In this document: positions 27,412 to 36,769 of the stretch, piece after piece
How the letters are laid out: each line of letters begins with the position of its first letter
How positions within the stretch are numbered: the first letter of the stretch is position 1
Assembly: GCA_964549495.1 (NCBI GenBank)
Contig: CAZJWJ010000006.1
Location: forward strand, 22,274 to 86,273
Direction: 5' to 3'
From: an uncultured Anaerolineales bacterium
Lineage (GTDB): Bacteria > Chloroflexota > Anaerolineae > Epilineales > Epilineaceae
DNA: 64,000 bases
Position numbers and translations under genes: made by a program
The notes under the pieces: model-generated
Database searches by the model: none
What the model was told of the DNA's origin: nothing
The model's input: the letters and a program-made list of their open reading frames with translations, nothing else

Positions 27412-28391
27412 TCGGGACGCGCAGCGTGCATGGCCGGCCTCGGTGCAAGCCGTCCACATTCGGGCGGGGCCTCGCGACCAAGGTCCTCATCGCTTGCAGC
27501 TTGATCGCCGGCGGCCTGGCCACGATGTCCTGCGCAACCGAGCCGATCCGCGAGTCGACCATCGACCCTCGGCCGGTTGCCACGGCGTCGCGGGCCGGAT
27601 CGACCGCTGCTGCCAGGGGGACCACGACCGCCACGGCGACCGCGACGGCGGTGATCACCTCGATCATGCCGACCGAAGTCATCGACGCGACCGACCTGAC
27701 GGGCGGGTCCGATGTGACCGAAACGATCGACGGGACCCATGCCCGCAGGGTACCCGCCGAGACCGACACGTCCGTCGTCGAAGGCGAGACGGATGACTTG
27801 CCGCATGTCACGCCCGAACCTTCGAGGGAGAGCGATGCCGCTCCTGATCCCACCTCCGCTTCGAGCCCGGATCCGGTCTGCCGGCCGCCCGTCGAGGACT
27901 ACGCGCGGGTGGAGGTGGCGGGCGAGACCTTGAATCGGCGTACGGTGACGATGCTGGAGACGGCGATGGAGATCTACGCGGGGCCGGCCGATCTGAAGCG
28001 GGTGGCGCAGGGTTCCTACACCGATGCGGTGGAGGGCAGCTTCGGCACCCACGACGGGGGCGGGGCGGTGGATCTGTCGATCCGCAACCCGGCGGCACCG
28101 GCCGAGCGCTTGTTCGAGGAGGTGCCGGCCATGATCCAGGCCCTGAGGCAAGCCGGCTTCGCGGCTTGGTACCGCGATTGGAACGAGGTCTTTCCCGGCT
28201 CGGTGCCGCATATCCACGCCATCGCTATCGGGGACGCGGAGCTCTCGGAGGCGGCGCGCTTGCAGCTGGACGGGCCGGCCGGCTACCTCCGCGGCTTCAA
28301 CGGCCTGCCGGTCGATCCGCCGGTGGCCGACGGCCACGGGGGGCCGGTGGTTTGCGACTGGATGGAATCACTCGCTCTCGATCTCCGGTAG
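27408..28391 (+). CDS. Secreted LAS-type (M15/VanY-like) zinc peptidase-like protein
   Basis: C-terminal domain with the H-x-x-D and H-x-H pattern (SFGTHDGGGAVDLS ... VPHIHAIAIGD). The N-terminus has a hydrophobic signal (KVLIACSLIAGGLATMSCA) and an S/T/D-rich linker. The start is uncertain: GTG 27408 overlaps the upstream stop (GTGA), with alternatives GTG 27426 and ATG 27525. The track start at 26934 is rejected. Confidence 0.55.
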   Translation: MIGTRSVHGRPRCKPSTFGRGLATKVLIACSLIAGGLATMSCATEPIRESTIDPRPVATASRAGSTAAARGTTTATATATAVITSIMPTEVIDATDLTGGSDVTETIDGTHARRVPAETDTSVVEGETDDLPHVTPEPSRESDAAPDPTSASSPDPVCRPPVEDYARVEVAGETLNRRTVTMLETAMEIYAGPADLKRVAQGSYTDAVEGSFGTHDGGGAVDLSIRNPAAPAERLFEEVPAMIQALRQAGFAAWYRDWNEVFPGSVPHIHAIAIGDAELSEAARLQLDGPAGYLRGFNGLPVDPPVADGHGGPVVCDWMESLALDLR

Positions 28392-30502
28392 TAGAGCAAG
28401 CCACCGACTTCGGCAGCTGCCACCAGGAGATCGCCGTCGACATCGAGGCCGGTGATCTCGTAGCTAGACCGCAGCCACTGCCGGACGCGGGGCCGGGTGG
28501 GGTCCGAGACATCGATGTCGACGATGCCGGCTTGGCCCCGGCCATCCGAGCGAGGCGCATGCCACGCGTAGAGGTGTCCGTCTTCGAGGTGCAGCCCCCG
28601 CAGCGGATACCCCAAGCGCATGCGGCTCAGCCTGTGGGGTGCACCGGGCTCGGCGATGTCATAGACCTCGAGGATTCCGGCAGACCAGCCGGATTCGTGG
28701 ATGCTACTGACTTCATCGGGATGCTGGTAGCGATTGCCGATCGCAAACAGCAGATTGCCGTCGACCAAGATGGTGTGGCTTGGCTGCTCGAGCGAGCGTT
28801 CGGATTCCAGGCGAAAGAAGCCGGCCGGATCGATGCTCAGCTCGAGCAGTTCGCCACGCCCCGTGGCGACGAAGGCGCGGTTGGCTTGGAGCGCGATCGA
28901 CCGCGCCATGCGATCGCCGAGGTGCAGCTTGGCTCGGCGCTGCAGGATGTTCGGACCGACGACATCGTAGAGATGCAGGGCGCGGCCTCCGACGAGCAAC
29001 TGCTCCCCTCGATGATCGAATCGGTGATCGAAGCTGTTGAGCCAGTCGCCCGCGAGGTCGCGATGTGACAGCCGCCATCGTTCTCGCGGATCTCCCGTGT
29101 CTGGCAGATCGACCGCCGTGACAAATTGGTGAAGGAGGTGCGCTTCGATCGTCTTCGCGAGCGCCCAACGCCCACCGTCGGCGAGCCGAAGGTCCACGAT
29201 GCTGCCCCCGACCGCCCGCATGCGACCGATGGGCTCGGAGAGGCTGTGCGGATCGATGGGACGCTGGACCGTCCTCAGCTCCCGCGCGCCATCGAGATGA
29301 GCTCGATCACCGTTGAGTTGGATCGTCCGCGGCCGGCCGAAGCCGAGGACACCGATCTGCCAAGGTCTGGCAGATTCGTCGGTCGAATACTCGATGTGCA
29401 TGTCCTCCGACTCGTCGATCACGCCTGACGAGCGTGGACCGTCGAGATCGACGAAGCCGTAGCCGCCGAAGTCCCTCGCGTACAGGATCTGTGTCGCGCC
29501 GGCCTGGAGTTCGTGATAGTCGCCCGCAAAGACTTCGACGGTCATCCGTGGCTTGCCAACGTCGGCCTTTGGGATGCGCAAGATGAACGAGGGCTCGGTC
29601 GCCATTCCGACGAAGACGGAGTCGTCACCGATCGTGAGTTCCGGTGCCAACCCGAACGGTTGGGAGCCAATAGACGCCGTGATCCGTGGCGCGCGAGCTT
29701 GGCGAAGGTCCGCACGATGGACTTCGCCACCGTTCGTCATCCAGAGGTCTCGACCGTCCATGGCGAGGGCCGTGATCGCGTACTCGGTCTCGAGGCGCGA
29801 GAGTCGGGTCATGCGGCCGGGATCGCTGATGTCGATCACCGAGATGCCAGGCGTTCGAGGGCGTTCCCACGCATCGTATCTGGTCTCGATCATCGCCATG
29901 ATTCCCGCGTCGAGCGAGATGCTCCGGATCTCCATGCCGGCTTCCATCGGCAGCAGGCGGTCGATCCCCCTCGCGCCACCGGCCGCCGTGACGTCGATCG
30001 CCACCACTCCGGTGCGGCCCGTCGCGACGAAGAGCGTGCCGTCATCGCCCGCGGCCTGCCAGGCGAAGCCCGGCAATGGTATCCGCGCGCCGAGCCGCGG
30101 ATGATCGGGTAGCGAGATGTCGAACTCGACCAGTCCGGAGCGACCCAGGGTGGCGAAGGCCCGGTCGCCATCGATCCAGAGATCGGTGATCTCGTCGTCG
30201 AGAATGCGCGATCGACCGACCCTTCGGCCGGGTGCACCCGCAGGCTGCAGCGCGACGATCAGCCGCCGGCCCTCGCCGAAGTAGACCCGGTCCCCGCTTC
30301 GGGCGATGGCCCGGGTCGCGCCACCGAGCTGGTCGACGAGTCGGAACTCGGCGGGCGGTGGCCGTCGAGCCGGCGGTGCTTCGGTCGCGGCCGCGACGAT
30401 ACCTGGTCGCCCGTCTTCAGCGGAGACCCCTCGAGCCCGAGATGTCGGGATGGCACCGGCCAAGAGGAGCAGGATCACCAGACATCGGTGTCGAGACATC
30501 AC
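28283..30502 (-). CDS. Secreted LVIVD-repeat beta-propeller protein (paralogue of 3907-6030)
   Basis: Signal peptide MMSRHRCLVILLLLAGAIPTSRA. Repeats VVAIDVTAAGG, ISVIDISDPGRMTRL, GIVDIDVSDPTRPRV, ILEVYDIAEPGAPHRL. G+C is lower than the flanks (35/60 in one sample). The 3' end overlaps the convergent peptidase gene by ~109 nt. Confidence 0.75.
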   Translation of the reverse strand: MMSRHRCLVILLLLAGAIPTSRARGVSAEDGRPGIVAAATEAPPARRPPPAEFRLVDQLGGATRAIARSGDRVYFGEGRRLIVALQPAGAPGRRVGRSRILDDEITDLWIDGDRAFATLGRSGLVEFDISLPDHPRLGARIPLPGFAWQAAGDDGTLFVATGRTGVVAIDVTAAGGARGIDRLLPMEAGMEIRSISLDAGIMAMIETRYDAWERPRTPGISVIDISDPGRMTRLSRLETEYAITALAMDGRDLWMTNGGEVHRADLRQARAPRITASIGSQPFGLAPELTIGDDSVFVGMATEPSFILRIPKADVGKPRMTVEVFAGDYHELQAGATQILYARDFGGYGFVDLDGPRSSGVIDESEDMHIEYSTDESARPWQIGVLGFGRPRTIQLNGDRAHLDGARELRTVQRPIDPHSLSEPIGRMRAVGGSIVDLRLADGGRWALAKTIEAHLLHQFVTAVDLPDTGDPRERWRLSHRDLAGDWLNSFDHRFDHRGEQLLVGGRALHLYDVVGPNILQRRAKLHLGDRMARSIALQANRAFVATGRGELLELSIDPAGFFRLESERSLEQPSHTILVDGNLLFAIGNRYQHPDEVSSIHESGWSAGILEVYDIAEPGAPHRLSRMRLGYPLRGLHLEDGHLYAWHAPRSDGRGQAGIVDIDVSDPTRPRVRQWLRSSYEITGLDVDGDLLVAAAEVGGLLYYRRSRASDSIQSQTTGPPWPSATGGSTGRPLKPRR

Positions 30503-30642
30503 GATCGGTCTCCAGAGGGGTCGAGGGAACGGAGTCCCTCGACCCTCATCAAGAAGCGTGCCGATCGATCAGGCCGTGCCGTGGCGCGCGGGTCGCGTGA
30601 TTGCGACAGCCGCTCGCATCTCGAGACCGAGCACCCGTGACG

Positions 30643-32598
30643 TCAGGGACAGCCCGCCTTGAAGATCAGGCTGTTGAAGAGCGGGTGGTAGGGTTTGCCC
30701 GGGTCGACTAGCGAGAGGCAGTTGCGCGGCGGGTTGTTGGGTCCCGGCGGCAGGTTGGGATTGGCCGGCAGGCCGTAGCCGGCCACCTTGCTCGGGTCGG
30801 CCAGCGCGGCGGCGAGCACGGCCGGCGGCACGCGCTCCCGCGCGGCATCGCTGACGCCAGCGCCGCCGGCCGCGGTGGCCGTCGCCGTGGGTGGCAGGTT
30901 GGGCGTGGCCGTCGAGGGTAGACCCGGCGTGGAGGTCGGAGCCGGGATCGGCGTGTCCGTCGGGCCGGGCAGGGGTGTTGCGGTATTGGTGGGTGCCAGT
31001 GTAGGCGTGCCCGGCACGGCAGGGGTTGCCGTGACCACTCCACCGGTTGGCGTAGGGGGAAGGGTCGATGTGGGAGCAGAGGAGCCGCCGATTCGGAGCA
31101 ACATCGCCATATGATCCCTTGCGCGCGGCATGCCCCCGCCCTGGGCGGGGATGCCTGTGTAACTGGTCAGATCCATCGCGGCCGCCTCGGCGATCTCGGT
31201 GACCACGACGGCCAGGGGCTGATCGCCGCGGATGACGGCCTGGCCGTAGGTGCCCGGGGGCAGGCCGGGTAGGTCCGGTGGCCACCACAGCACACCTCCT
31301 TCCGCGGGGAGGGTGGCCGCGCAGGCCGCACCGCAGCTCAGATCGCTGCCGGCCGCGTCGATGGGGGCGATGGTCACGCTGGCCTCTTCACTACCGAGAT
31401 TCATCACCTGGATCGCCGTCGTCTGCCGAATCATCGTGCCCGCGCGGTTGAGGAAGTGCGGCAGGTGGACGGTTTGTGCGCCGCGATCGGCCGGCATGGC
31501 GTCGTAGGCCTGGGCCAAGGAGCCCGTCCCAACGCTGCGATCGACGATCGTGGCCACGATGGGGCCGCCAGCCGATTCGAGGATGGCGCTGGCGCTGCAG
31601 CCGGCCGGCAGCGGTCCGGTTGCGGGGGACTGGCTCAAGCGGACCATCTGCCCCGCGCCGATGGAGATCGGGCCCGCGGAGAACTGCTGTCCCCCACAGC
31701 TGCCCGCCACACCGAGAAAGCGGAGGCTCAGCTCGACCGGGTCACTCCCCGGCGCCAAGGCCACGATCTGGCTGTCCAGCGGCGTCGAGCTCGAGTCGCC
31801 GGGATCCAAAGGCACTTCGGCGTGGATCATCGGGGCGTAGAGCCGATCCGCGGCCTCGTCGGTCACCCATCCCGAAAGCGCATAGGTGCCCTTGTCGCTG
31901 TTCTCGATGTCGACGATGTGGCTGACGACGATGGGTACATTGGCCGTGATCCGGGCCCAACCGTCGAAGCCGTCCGGCACCGCGGCGAACTCCGCGTTCT
32001 TGCCGAGGTCCAGCGTGGCCGAGGTCCCGGGCCCGATCGAGAAGAGCGATTCCTGTACCGGGCTGCCGTCCGTGCCGAGCAGCTCGAAGGTTGCTTGCGC
32101 CTGCTGCGAGGTGTCGGTGTTCTGAATGGAGATCAGCGAGGTCTCTGCCATGTGACCTTTCACCACGCCGGGGAGCAGCAGGTCCGTCGCCGGTTCGTGG
32201 CTGCCGTACATGATCGCACCACCGGAGGTTGGCCACTCAGTGCGCGAGATCGTGCCGATGTCGCGATCCGAGCTCAGGATGGCCGCATAGGCGCCGTTCT
32301 GAAGCGTGTTCTCGTCGTTCAGGATGAGCTTGGTGGCGGCGCCAGGTGCCACCGGCGACCGCACGAGCGAGATCGGCGAACCGCCGCGTTGGTTGTAGAG
32401 GTCGGCCACCACGGTGGCCGGCTGGCTGGAATCGAGGTTCTGGATCCAGAGCTGCGAGTTGCCGGCACCCTGGATGCCGGTGGGGCCGGCCAGGGCGGTC
32501 GATCCGGTGTCCTCGGGCAGGAGCCATGAGCTCGTGGCCAGGATGCCGGCAAGCGCCAGCATGCTAGCGAGGACGAGGGGGGCGCGAAGTTGGGACAT
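30643..32598 (-). CDS. Secreted protein with four beta-sandwich-like repeats, PT linker and small Cys-containing C-terminal domain
   Basis: Start MSQLRAPLVLASMLALAGILA with an AAGGAGA SD; the track start at 32739 is rejected. Repeat cores: LWIQNLDSSQPATVVADLYNQRGG, LISIQNTDTSQQAQATFELLGTDG, TAIQVMNLGSEEASVTIAPIDAAG. The PT linker is TLPPTPTGG...TPNLPPTATATA. Ends FKAGCP*. Confidence 0.7.
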   Translation of the reverse strand: MSQLRAPLVLASMLALAGILATSSWLLPEDTGSTALAGPTGIQGAGNSQLWIQNLDSSQPATVVADLYNQRGGSPISLVRSPVAPGAATKLILNDENTLQNGAYAAILSSDRDIGTISRTEWPTSGGAIMYGSHEPATDLLLPGVVKGHMAETSLISIQNTDTSQQAQATFELLGTDGSPVQESLFSIGPGTSATLDLGKNAEFAAVPDGFDGWARITANVPIVVSHIVDIENSDKGTYALSGWVTDEAADRLYAPMIHAEVPLDPGDSSSTPLDSQIVALAPGSDPVELSLRFLGVAGSCGGQQFSAGPISIGAGQMVRLSQSPATGPLPAGCSASAILESAGGPIVATIVDRSVGTGSLAQAYDAMPADRGAQTVHLPHFLNRAGTMIRQTTAIQVMNLGSEEASVTIAPIDAAGSDLSCGAACAATLPAEGGVLWWPPDLPGLPPGTYGQAVIRGDQPLAVVVTEIAEAAAMDLTSYTGIPAQGGGMPRARDHMAMLLRIGGSSAPTSTLPPTPTGGVVTATPAVPGTPTLAPTNTATPLPGPTDTPIPAPTSTPGLPSTATPNLPPTATATAAGGAGVSDAARERVPPAVLAAALADPSKVAGYGLPANPNLPPGPNNPPRNCLSLVDPGKPYHPLFNSLIFKAGCP

Positions 32599-32751
32599 GT
32601 CGGTCTCCTTGCAAGATCGGCCTGCGAACGGTAGGGGATCCACTGCGGCGGTGCAGTACGCTCGACGTCGAGATGCGCGCCGGGCTTTCAGGGTAAGGGC
32701 TCGTCGCCTCGAGGTCCCGGCGGACGGGAGCGATTGCACCCTGGATCTACC

Positions 32752-33867
32752 TCACCGGCCAAGCCAGGGAAGGAAGGCTCCCGTTTCCGAGGCTAGCACC
32801 TCGATCTCCGGGATTTCGAATTCGGCCTGGATGGGCCGCCGCTCGTGGTCCCGCAGATCGATGCTGGCCGACCGGGCAAGCGGCAGCATGCCCGCGACCT
32901 CGGGTCGAAGGCCGACCCGGAAACTCTGGACTCCCGTGTCGGTGGACGGCACACGCCATTGCAGGCTGCGCCCATCGCCGCGGATCTCGGCCGAGGGCAG
33001 CGAGCTGCCCGACACGGCCCGTATTCCCTCCGGCAGCTCGAGCTGGAGGACGAGGTCGCGCAGGTAGCGACTCTCCAGGAAGCTGGCAACGCGATCCAAG
33101 TCCTCATCGAGCCGCGCCGTGTCTTCGGGCGGGTAGAAGTATCGACCCGAAATGGCCGCCTGGCGTAGACAGGCCGCATCGCAGCGCCCGCTGGCGCATT
33201 GCGCCATCAGCAGCATCCCGGAGCGCTTGGCCTGCCGCGCCGCATCGAGGACGACTTGGCAGCCCGCGGGGCAGCGTCCGTCGGAGACCAGGATCATGAT
33301 CTCCTGGATGATGGAATCGCTCATCGGACGGGCGATCGGAGCGCGTGCTTCGACGAGCATTTCTCTGGCGACGTCGATGCCCAGAGCCAGGTCGGATGCC
33401 GATGCTCCGCTGACCACCGGCTCGACGGTATCCAGACAGGCAAACGCGGCCCGCATCCCGGGCTCCAGCGCGCAACGCGCCTCGATCCTGTCGGCGTAGA
33501 CTACGACCCCCACCTGCAACTCGGGCTGGCCGTCGAGGTTCTCGAGCGCTAGACGCAATCGCGCGCGCAGCCTATCGAAGTCGAAGTCCGGATCGCCCTG
33601 GCCGGCCGCCGCGTCGACGACCAAGGCGATATGGGTGGCCGTGTACTCCTCGGGGCAGTCGATGTCGGCGACGAAGGAAGCGGTGACCGTCTCGCCGAGC
33701 GCGACCTGATCCGGCCGGGCGTACAGGTCCGCCTCGATCCGGCACGGGCTGGGGTCGTTCTGTGCCAGCGCGGCCGGGTGGGAGGGCATGGGTTGCAGCA
33801 AGGACAGCAACCCGAGAGCCATTCCGAACGTGACCCACTGCCGAACAACTCGAACCATCCTATCCAT
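32752..33867 (-). CDS. Secreted vWA-like protein (degenerate MIDAS)
   Basis: Signal MDRMVRVVRQWVTFGMALGLLSLLQPMPSHPAALAQ (GGGGAGA SD). vWA-like core HIALVVDAAAG ... VGVVVYADR ... IMILVSDGRC. Ends AFLPWLGR*. Confidence 0.65.
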   Translation of the reverse strand: MDRMVRVVRQWVTFGMALGLLSLLQPMPSHPAALAQNDPSPCRIEADLYARPDQVALGETVTASFVADIDCPEEYTATHIALVVDAAAGQGDPDFDFDRLRARLRLALENLDGQPELQVGVVVYADRIEARCALEPGMRAAFACLDTVEPVVSGASASDLALGIDVAREMLVEARAPIARPMSDSIIQEIMILVSDGRCPAGCQVVLDAARQAKRSGMLLMAQCASGRCDAACLRQAAISGRYFYPPEDTARLDEDLDRVASFLESRYLRDLVLQLELPEGIRAVSGSSLPSAEIRGDGRSLQWRVPSTDTGVQSFRVGLRPEVAGMLPLARSASIDLRDHERRPIQAEFEIPEIEVLASETGAFLPWLGR

Positions 33868-34198
33868 GCGCCATCTCCCCTGGTCTCACCGAAGCCGTCG
33901 ACAAGGCTTGCCGCTCGCGTCATGAAGCGTCCGATCCGAGCGATGCTTCCGTACAAGACCTTAACCCGCGGCCAGGTCGGAATTGGACAGCCTTGTCAGG
34001 TCCGGGGTGGGCCGCCGGGAGTTTGCGGATTCTGACAGGGCGATACCAGCGTGCCGTCCCATCGCTCACGCCCTGCGCCCGTGGATTCTTGGGGCGGTGT
34101 ACAATCCGCGTGCGCAGGGATGTCGTGCGGCCTCGGCTCGACCGGTGTCGCAGTCCGAGATCCGGGGTTCGATCGGATGGTCAGGCGGAGGGGAAGGG

Positions 34199-34933
34199 AT
34201 GGCGGATTCGATACGGGAGCGGGCCGATTTGCTGAGCGGTGTCGGGGTCTTCCGCGGGCTCGATGCCACGGCCTTGGAGGCCGTGGCTCGAGAGGCTCGG
34301 CCCAAGCGCTTGGCGGCTGGCGAGATGCTCCTGCGCCAGGACGAGCCGGCCGAAGACTTCTATGTGGTTACCGAGGGCCGGATTCGCCTGAGCCAGGTCA
34401 CGGCCGAGGGGCACCAGGTGATCATGGGCTTCGTCGGGCCCGGCGGCGGGGTGGGGATCATCGCGGTCTTGGGCCGCATCGGCTACCCGGTCTCGGCCGA
34501 GGCGGTGGAGGACAGCGAGGTGCTGGCCTGGGAGGGCGAGGCCTTCGGCCAGCTCATGCTCGATCACCCGCAGCTGGCCGTCAACGGCATGCGCCTGGTA
34601 GCCGGCCGCTTCCGGGTGGTCATGGACCAGCTGCGCGAGCTGTCGACCGAGCGGGTCGAGCGCCGCGTGGCGCGGGCCCTGCTGCGGCTGACCGGGCAGA
34701 CCGGCCGGCGCACCGAGCGCGGCATCCTGATCGACATGCCGCTCTCGCGCCAGGACCTGGCCGAGATGACCGGCACCACGCTCTTCACCGTCAGCCGGAC
34801 GATGAAGGCCTGGGAGGAGCGCGGCCTGGTCCAGTCGGGTCGCAAGGAGATCTGCGTCTGCGATCCCCATGGCCTGACGGTCATCGCCGAGGACCTGGTG
34901 GAGGCCGCTGGAGACGACGGGACGAACGACTGA
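34199..34933 (+). CDS. Crp/Fnr-family transcriptional regulator
   Basis: cNMP-binding-like domain (LLSGVGVFRGLDATALEAVAREARPKRLAAGEMLLRQDEPAEDFYVVTEGRIRL) and a C-terminal HTH (LSRQDLAEMTGTTLFTVSRTMKAWEERGLV). ATG at 34199 follows GGAGGGGAAGGG. Confidence 0.85.
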   Translation: MADSIRERADLLSGVGVFRGLDATALEAVAREARPKRLAAGEMLLRQDEPAEDFYVVTEGRIRLSQVTAEGHQVIMGFVGPGGGVGIIAVLGRIGYPVSAEAVEDSEVLAWEGEAFGQLMLDHPQLAVNGMRLVAGRFRVVMDQLRELSTERVERRVARALLRLTGQTGRRTERGILIDMPLSRQDLAEMTGTTLFTVSRTMKAWEERGLVQSGRKEICVCDPHGLTVIAEDLVEAAGDDGTND

Positions 34934-34996
34934 CGCGATGGCGGGATGACGGGAAGCCTGCGTGCCGGTCGGGCACCGAGGATGGGGAGGTAGGAC

Positions 34997-36763
34997 ATGA
35001 ACGCTCGCGGGAAGCGGTGGATTGCCTACGCGATCGTCGCGCTGGTCTTGGCGGCCATCGTCGCCGATCTGCTCGGCCCGGAGGCCGGTAGCCGGCCCAG
35101 CGCCCATGCCCAAGGCCCGTCCCCCGTCGATCTCATCCCCATCTCGACCGAGTTCAACAGCCTGATCGGCATCGACCACCATGCGCCGACCGATCGGGTG
35201 GTGGTCTCGGTCAACTACGCCACCGGCCAGCCCTACAACTTCGAGCTGGTGGCCTGGGACGGCAGCCGCACGCAGTTCTCCGAGATCGCCGGGCTGACCG
35301 AGGAGATCAAGATCGGCACCGTTTGGCAGAGCGACTGCACCGGCGGCTTCGAGCCGGGCGAGCTCTTCACCGGTACCGGCGTGCCAGGCGAGATCGCCCG
35401 GATCTCCTCCGACGGCAGCCAGATCCAGCGGCCCTGGGTCAGCCTGCCGGGCGAGGACGGGCTGATGCGCGGCGGCTTGTTCCAGGACCGCTTCTGCGTC
35501 TTCGACGGCGACCTGCTGGTGGTGACCACGACCGGAGGCGTGTGGCGCATCGATGCCGACGGGCAAGCGGAGCGCCTGGCGGCCCTCGGAGGGCATCTGG
35601 AGGGTGTAACCAGCGTTCCGAACGAGCCCGAGCGCTATGGGCCCTGGGCCGGCCGGCTGCTGACCGGCGACGAGAATCGGAACGAGATCTACGCCGTCGA
35701 CGCCTCGGGTGCGGTGCATACCGAGCAGCTCGGCATCGCGCCGGAGGACTTCGACATCGTGCCGCCGCGCACCAACTTCTATGGCATCGACTACGCGGCC
35801 AAGCGCATCGTCGGCGTGCCGGCCGATGGCTGGCTGGACAAGCTGGGCGACGTGGTCATCGCCCAGGAGAGCGGCCAGCTCTGGGACGTTCGCTGGGACG
35901 ATGCCGCGGCTGCCTTCCAGGTCAGCTTGCTGGCCCGGGTCGGCCAGTGGGAGCACGTCACCTTCTCCACCGCCGGCCTGGTCGAGATCCCGACCGCCAC
36001 GCCGACAGAGGCGCCCAGCCCGACCCCAGCGCCCAGCGCGACGGCGACGCGACCGCCGACCGCCAGCCCGACGCCCGAGCGGTGGACCATCTACCTGCCC
36101 ATCCTCTCCGAGCGCAAATGCGAGGACCGGCGGCTGGAGCTGGCCCTGGTGTTGGACATGTCGACCAGCATGCGCCGACCGCTGGCCGACGGCCGGCCCA
36201 AGCTCGACGCGGTCCTGGAGGCGGCCGGCACCTTCCTGGACGCCCTGGATTTGGACTCGGGCAGTCAGCGCGCGGCGCTTGCCGGCTTCAACGACCGCGC
36301 CTGGACCGCCCAGCCGGCCACGGGAGATCGCGCCGCGTTCGAGCGGGCGCTGGCCGCGCTGCCCGAGGGCATGGCCGAGGGCACGCGTCTCGACCTCGCT
36401 CTCGAGCAGGGGATCGAGCTGCTGGCCGGCGCACCGCCCGAGGCCGCCCGCGTGCTGATCCTGTTGACCGACGGTCTGCCCAACCGCGTGCCGACGCCGG
36501 TGCCGGCCGGCGGCCAAGAAGCCACCGTCCTGGCCGTGGCCGAGCGCGCTCGGGCGGCGGGCATCCGCATCTACACCATCGGCGTCGGCCGGCCCGACGC
36601 GCCCGAGCTGCCCGACCGCATCGATGCCGACCTGTTACGCGCCATCGCCGGCGATCCGGTGCGCTACCTCGAGGCCGCCGACGACCGGGCGCTGCGCGAG
36701 GCCTGGCGTGCGCTAAGCGTTGCCTTCTCCTGCCCGGCGGCCGGCATCCGCGATTCTGGCTGA
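34997..36763 (+). CDS. Secreted/anchored protein: unknown ~330-aa N-domain, PT linker, YLPI tag, C-terminal vWA domain
   Basis: N-terminal hydrophobic segment WIAYAIVALVLAAIVADLL. PT linker PTATPTEAPSPTPAPSATATRPPTASPTP. IYLPILSERKC (36089-36121). MIDAS LALVLDMSTSM ... LLTDGLPNRVP ... IYTIGVG. Ends FSCPAAGIRDSG*. Confidence 0.8.
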   Translation: MNARGKRWIAYAIVALVLAAIVADLLGPEAGSRPSAHAQGPSPVDLIPISTEFNSLIGIDHHAPTDRVVVSVNYATGQPYNFELVAWDGSRTQFSEIAGLTEEIKIGTVWQSDCTGGFEPGELFTGTGVPGEIARISSDGSQIQRPWVSLPGEDGLMRGGLFQDRFCVFDGDLLVVTTTGGVWRIDADGQAERLAALGGHLEGVTSVPNEPERYGPWAGRLLTGDENRNEIYAVDASGAVHTEQLGIAPEDFDIVPPRTNFYGIDYAAKRIVGVPADGWLDKLGDVVIAQESGQLWDVRWDDAAAAFQVSLLARVGQWEHVTFSTAGLVEIPTATPTEAPSPTPAPSATATRPPTASPTPERWTIYLPILSERKCEDRRLELALVLDMSTSMRRPLADGRPKLDAVLEAAGTFLDALDLDSGSQRAALAGFNDRAWTAQPATGDRAAFERALAALPEGMAEGTRLDLALEQGIELLAGAPPEAARVLILLTDGLPNRVPTPVPAGGQEATVLAVAERARAAGIRIYTIGVGRPDAPELPDRIDADLLRAIAGDPVRYLEAADDRALREAWRALSVAFSCPAAGIRDSG

Positions 36764-36769
36764 GCGGCG

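Noticed and set aside
34100-34105. GTACAAT elements upstream of the Crp/Fnr gene (34100-34105) and of the small secreted gene (13606-13611) as -10 promoter boxes
   Set aside because: No convincing -35 partner lies at 16-18 bp. There are only two occurrences, and the promoter consensus for this lineage is unknown. This is too weak to annotate.
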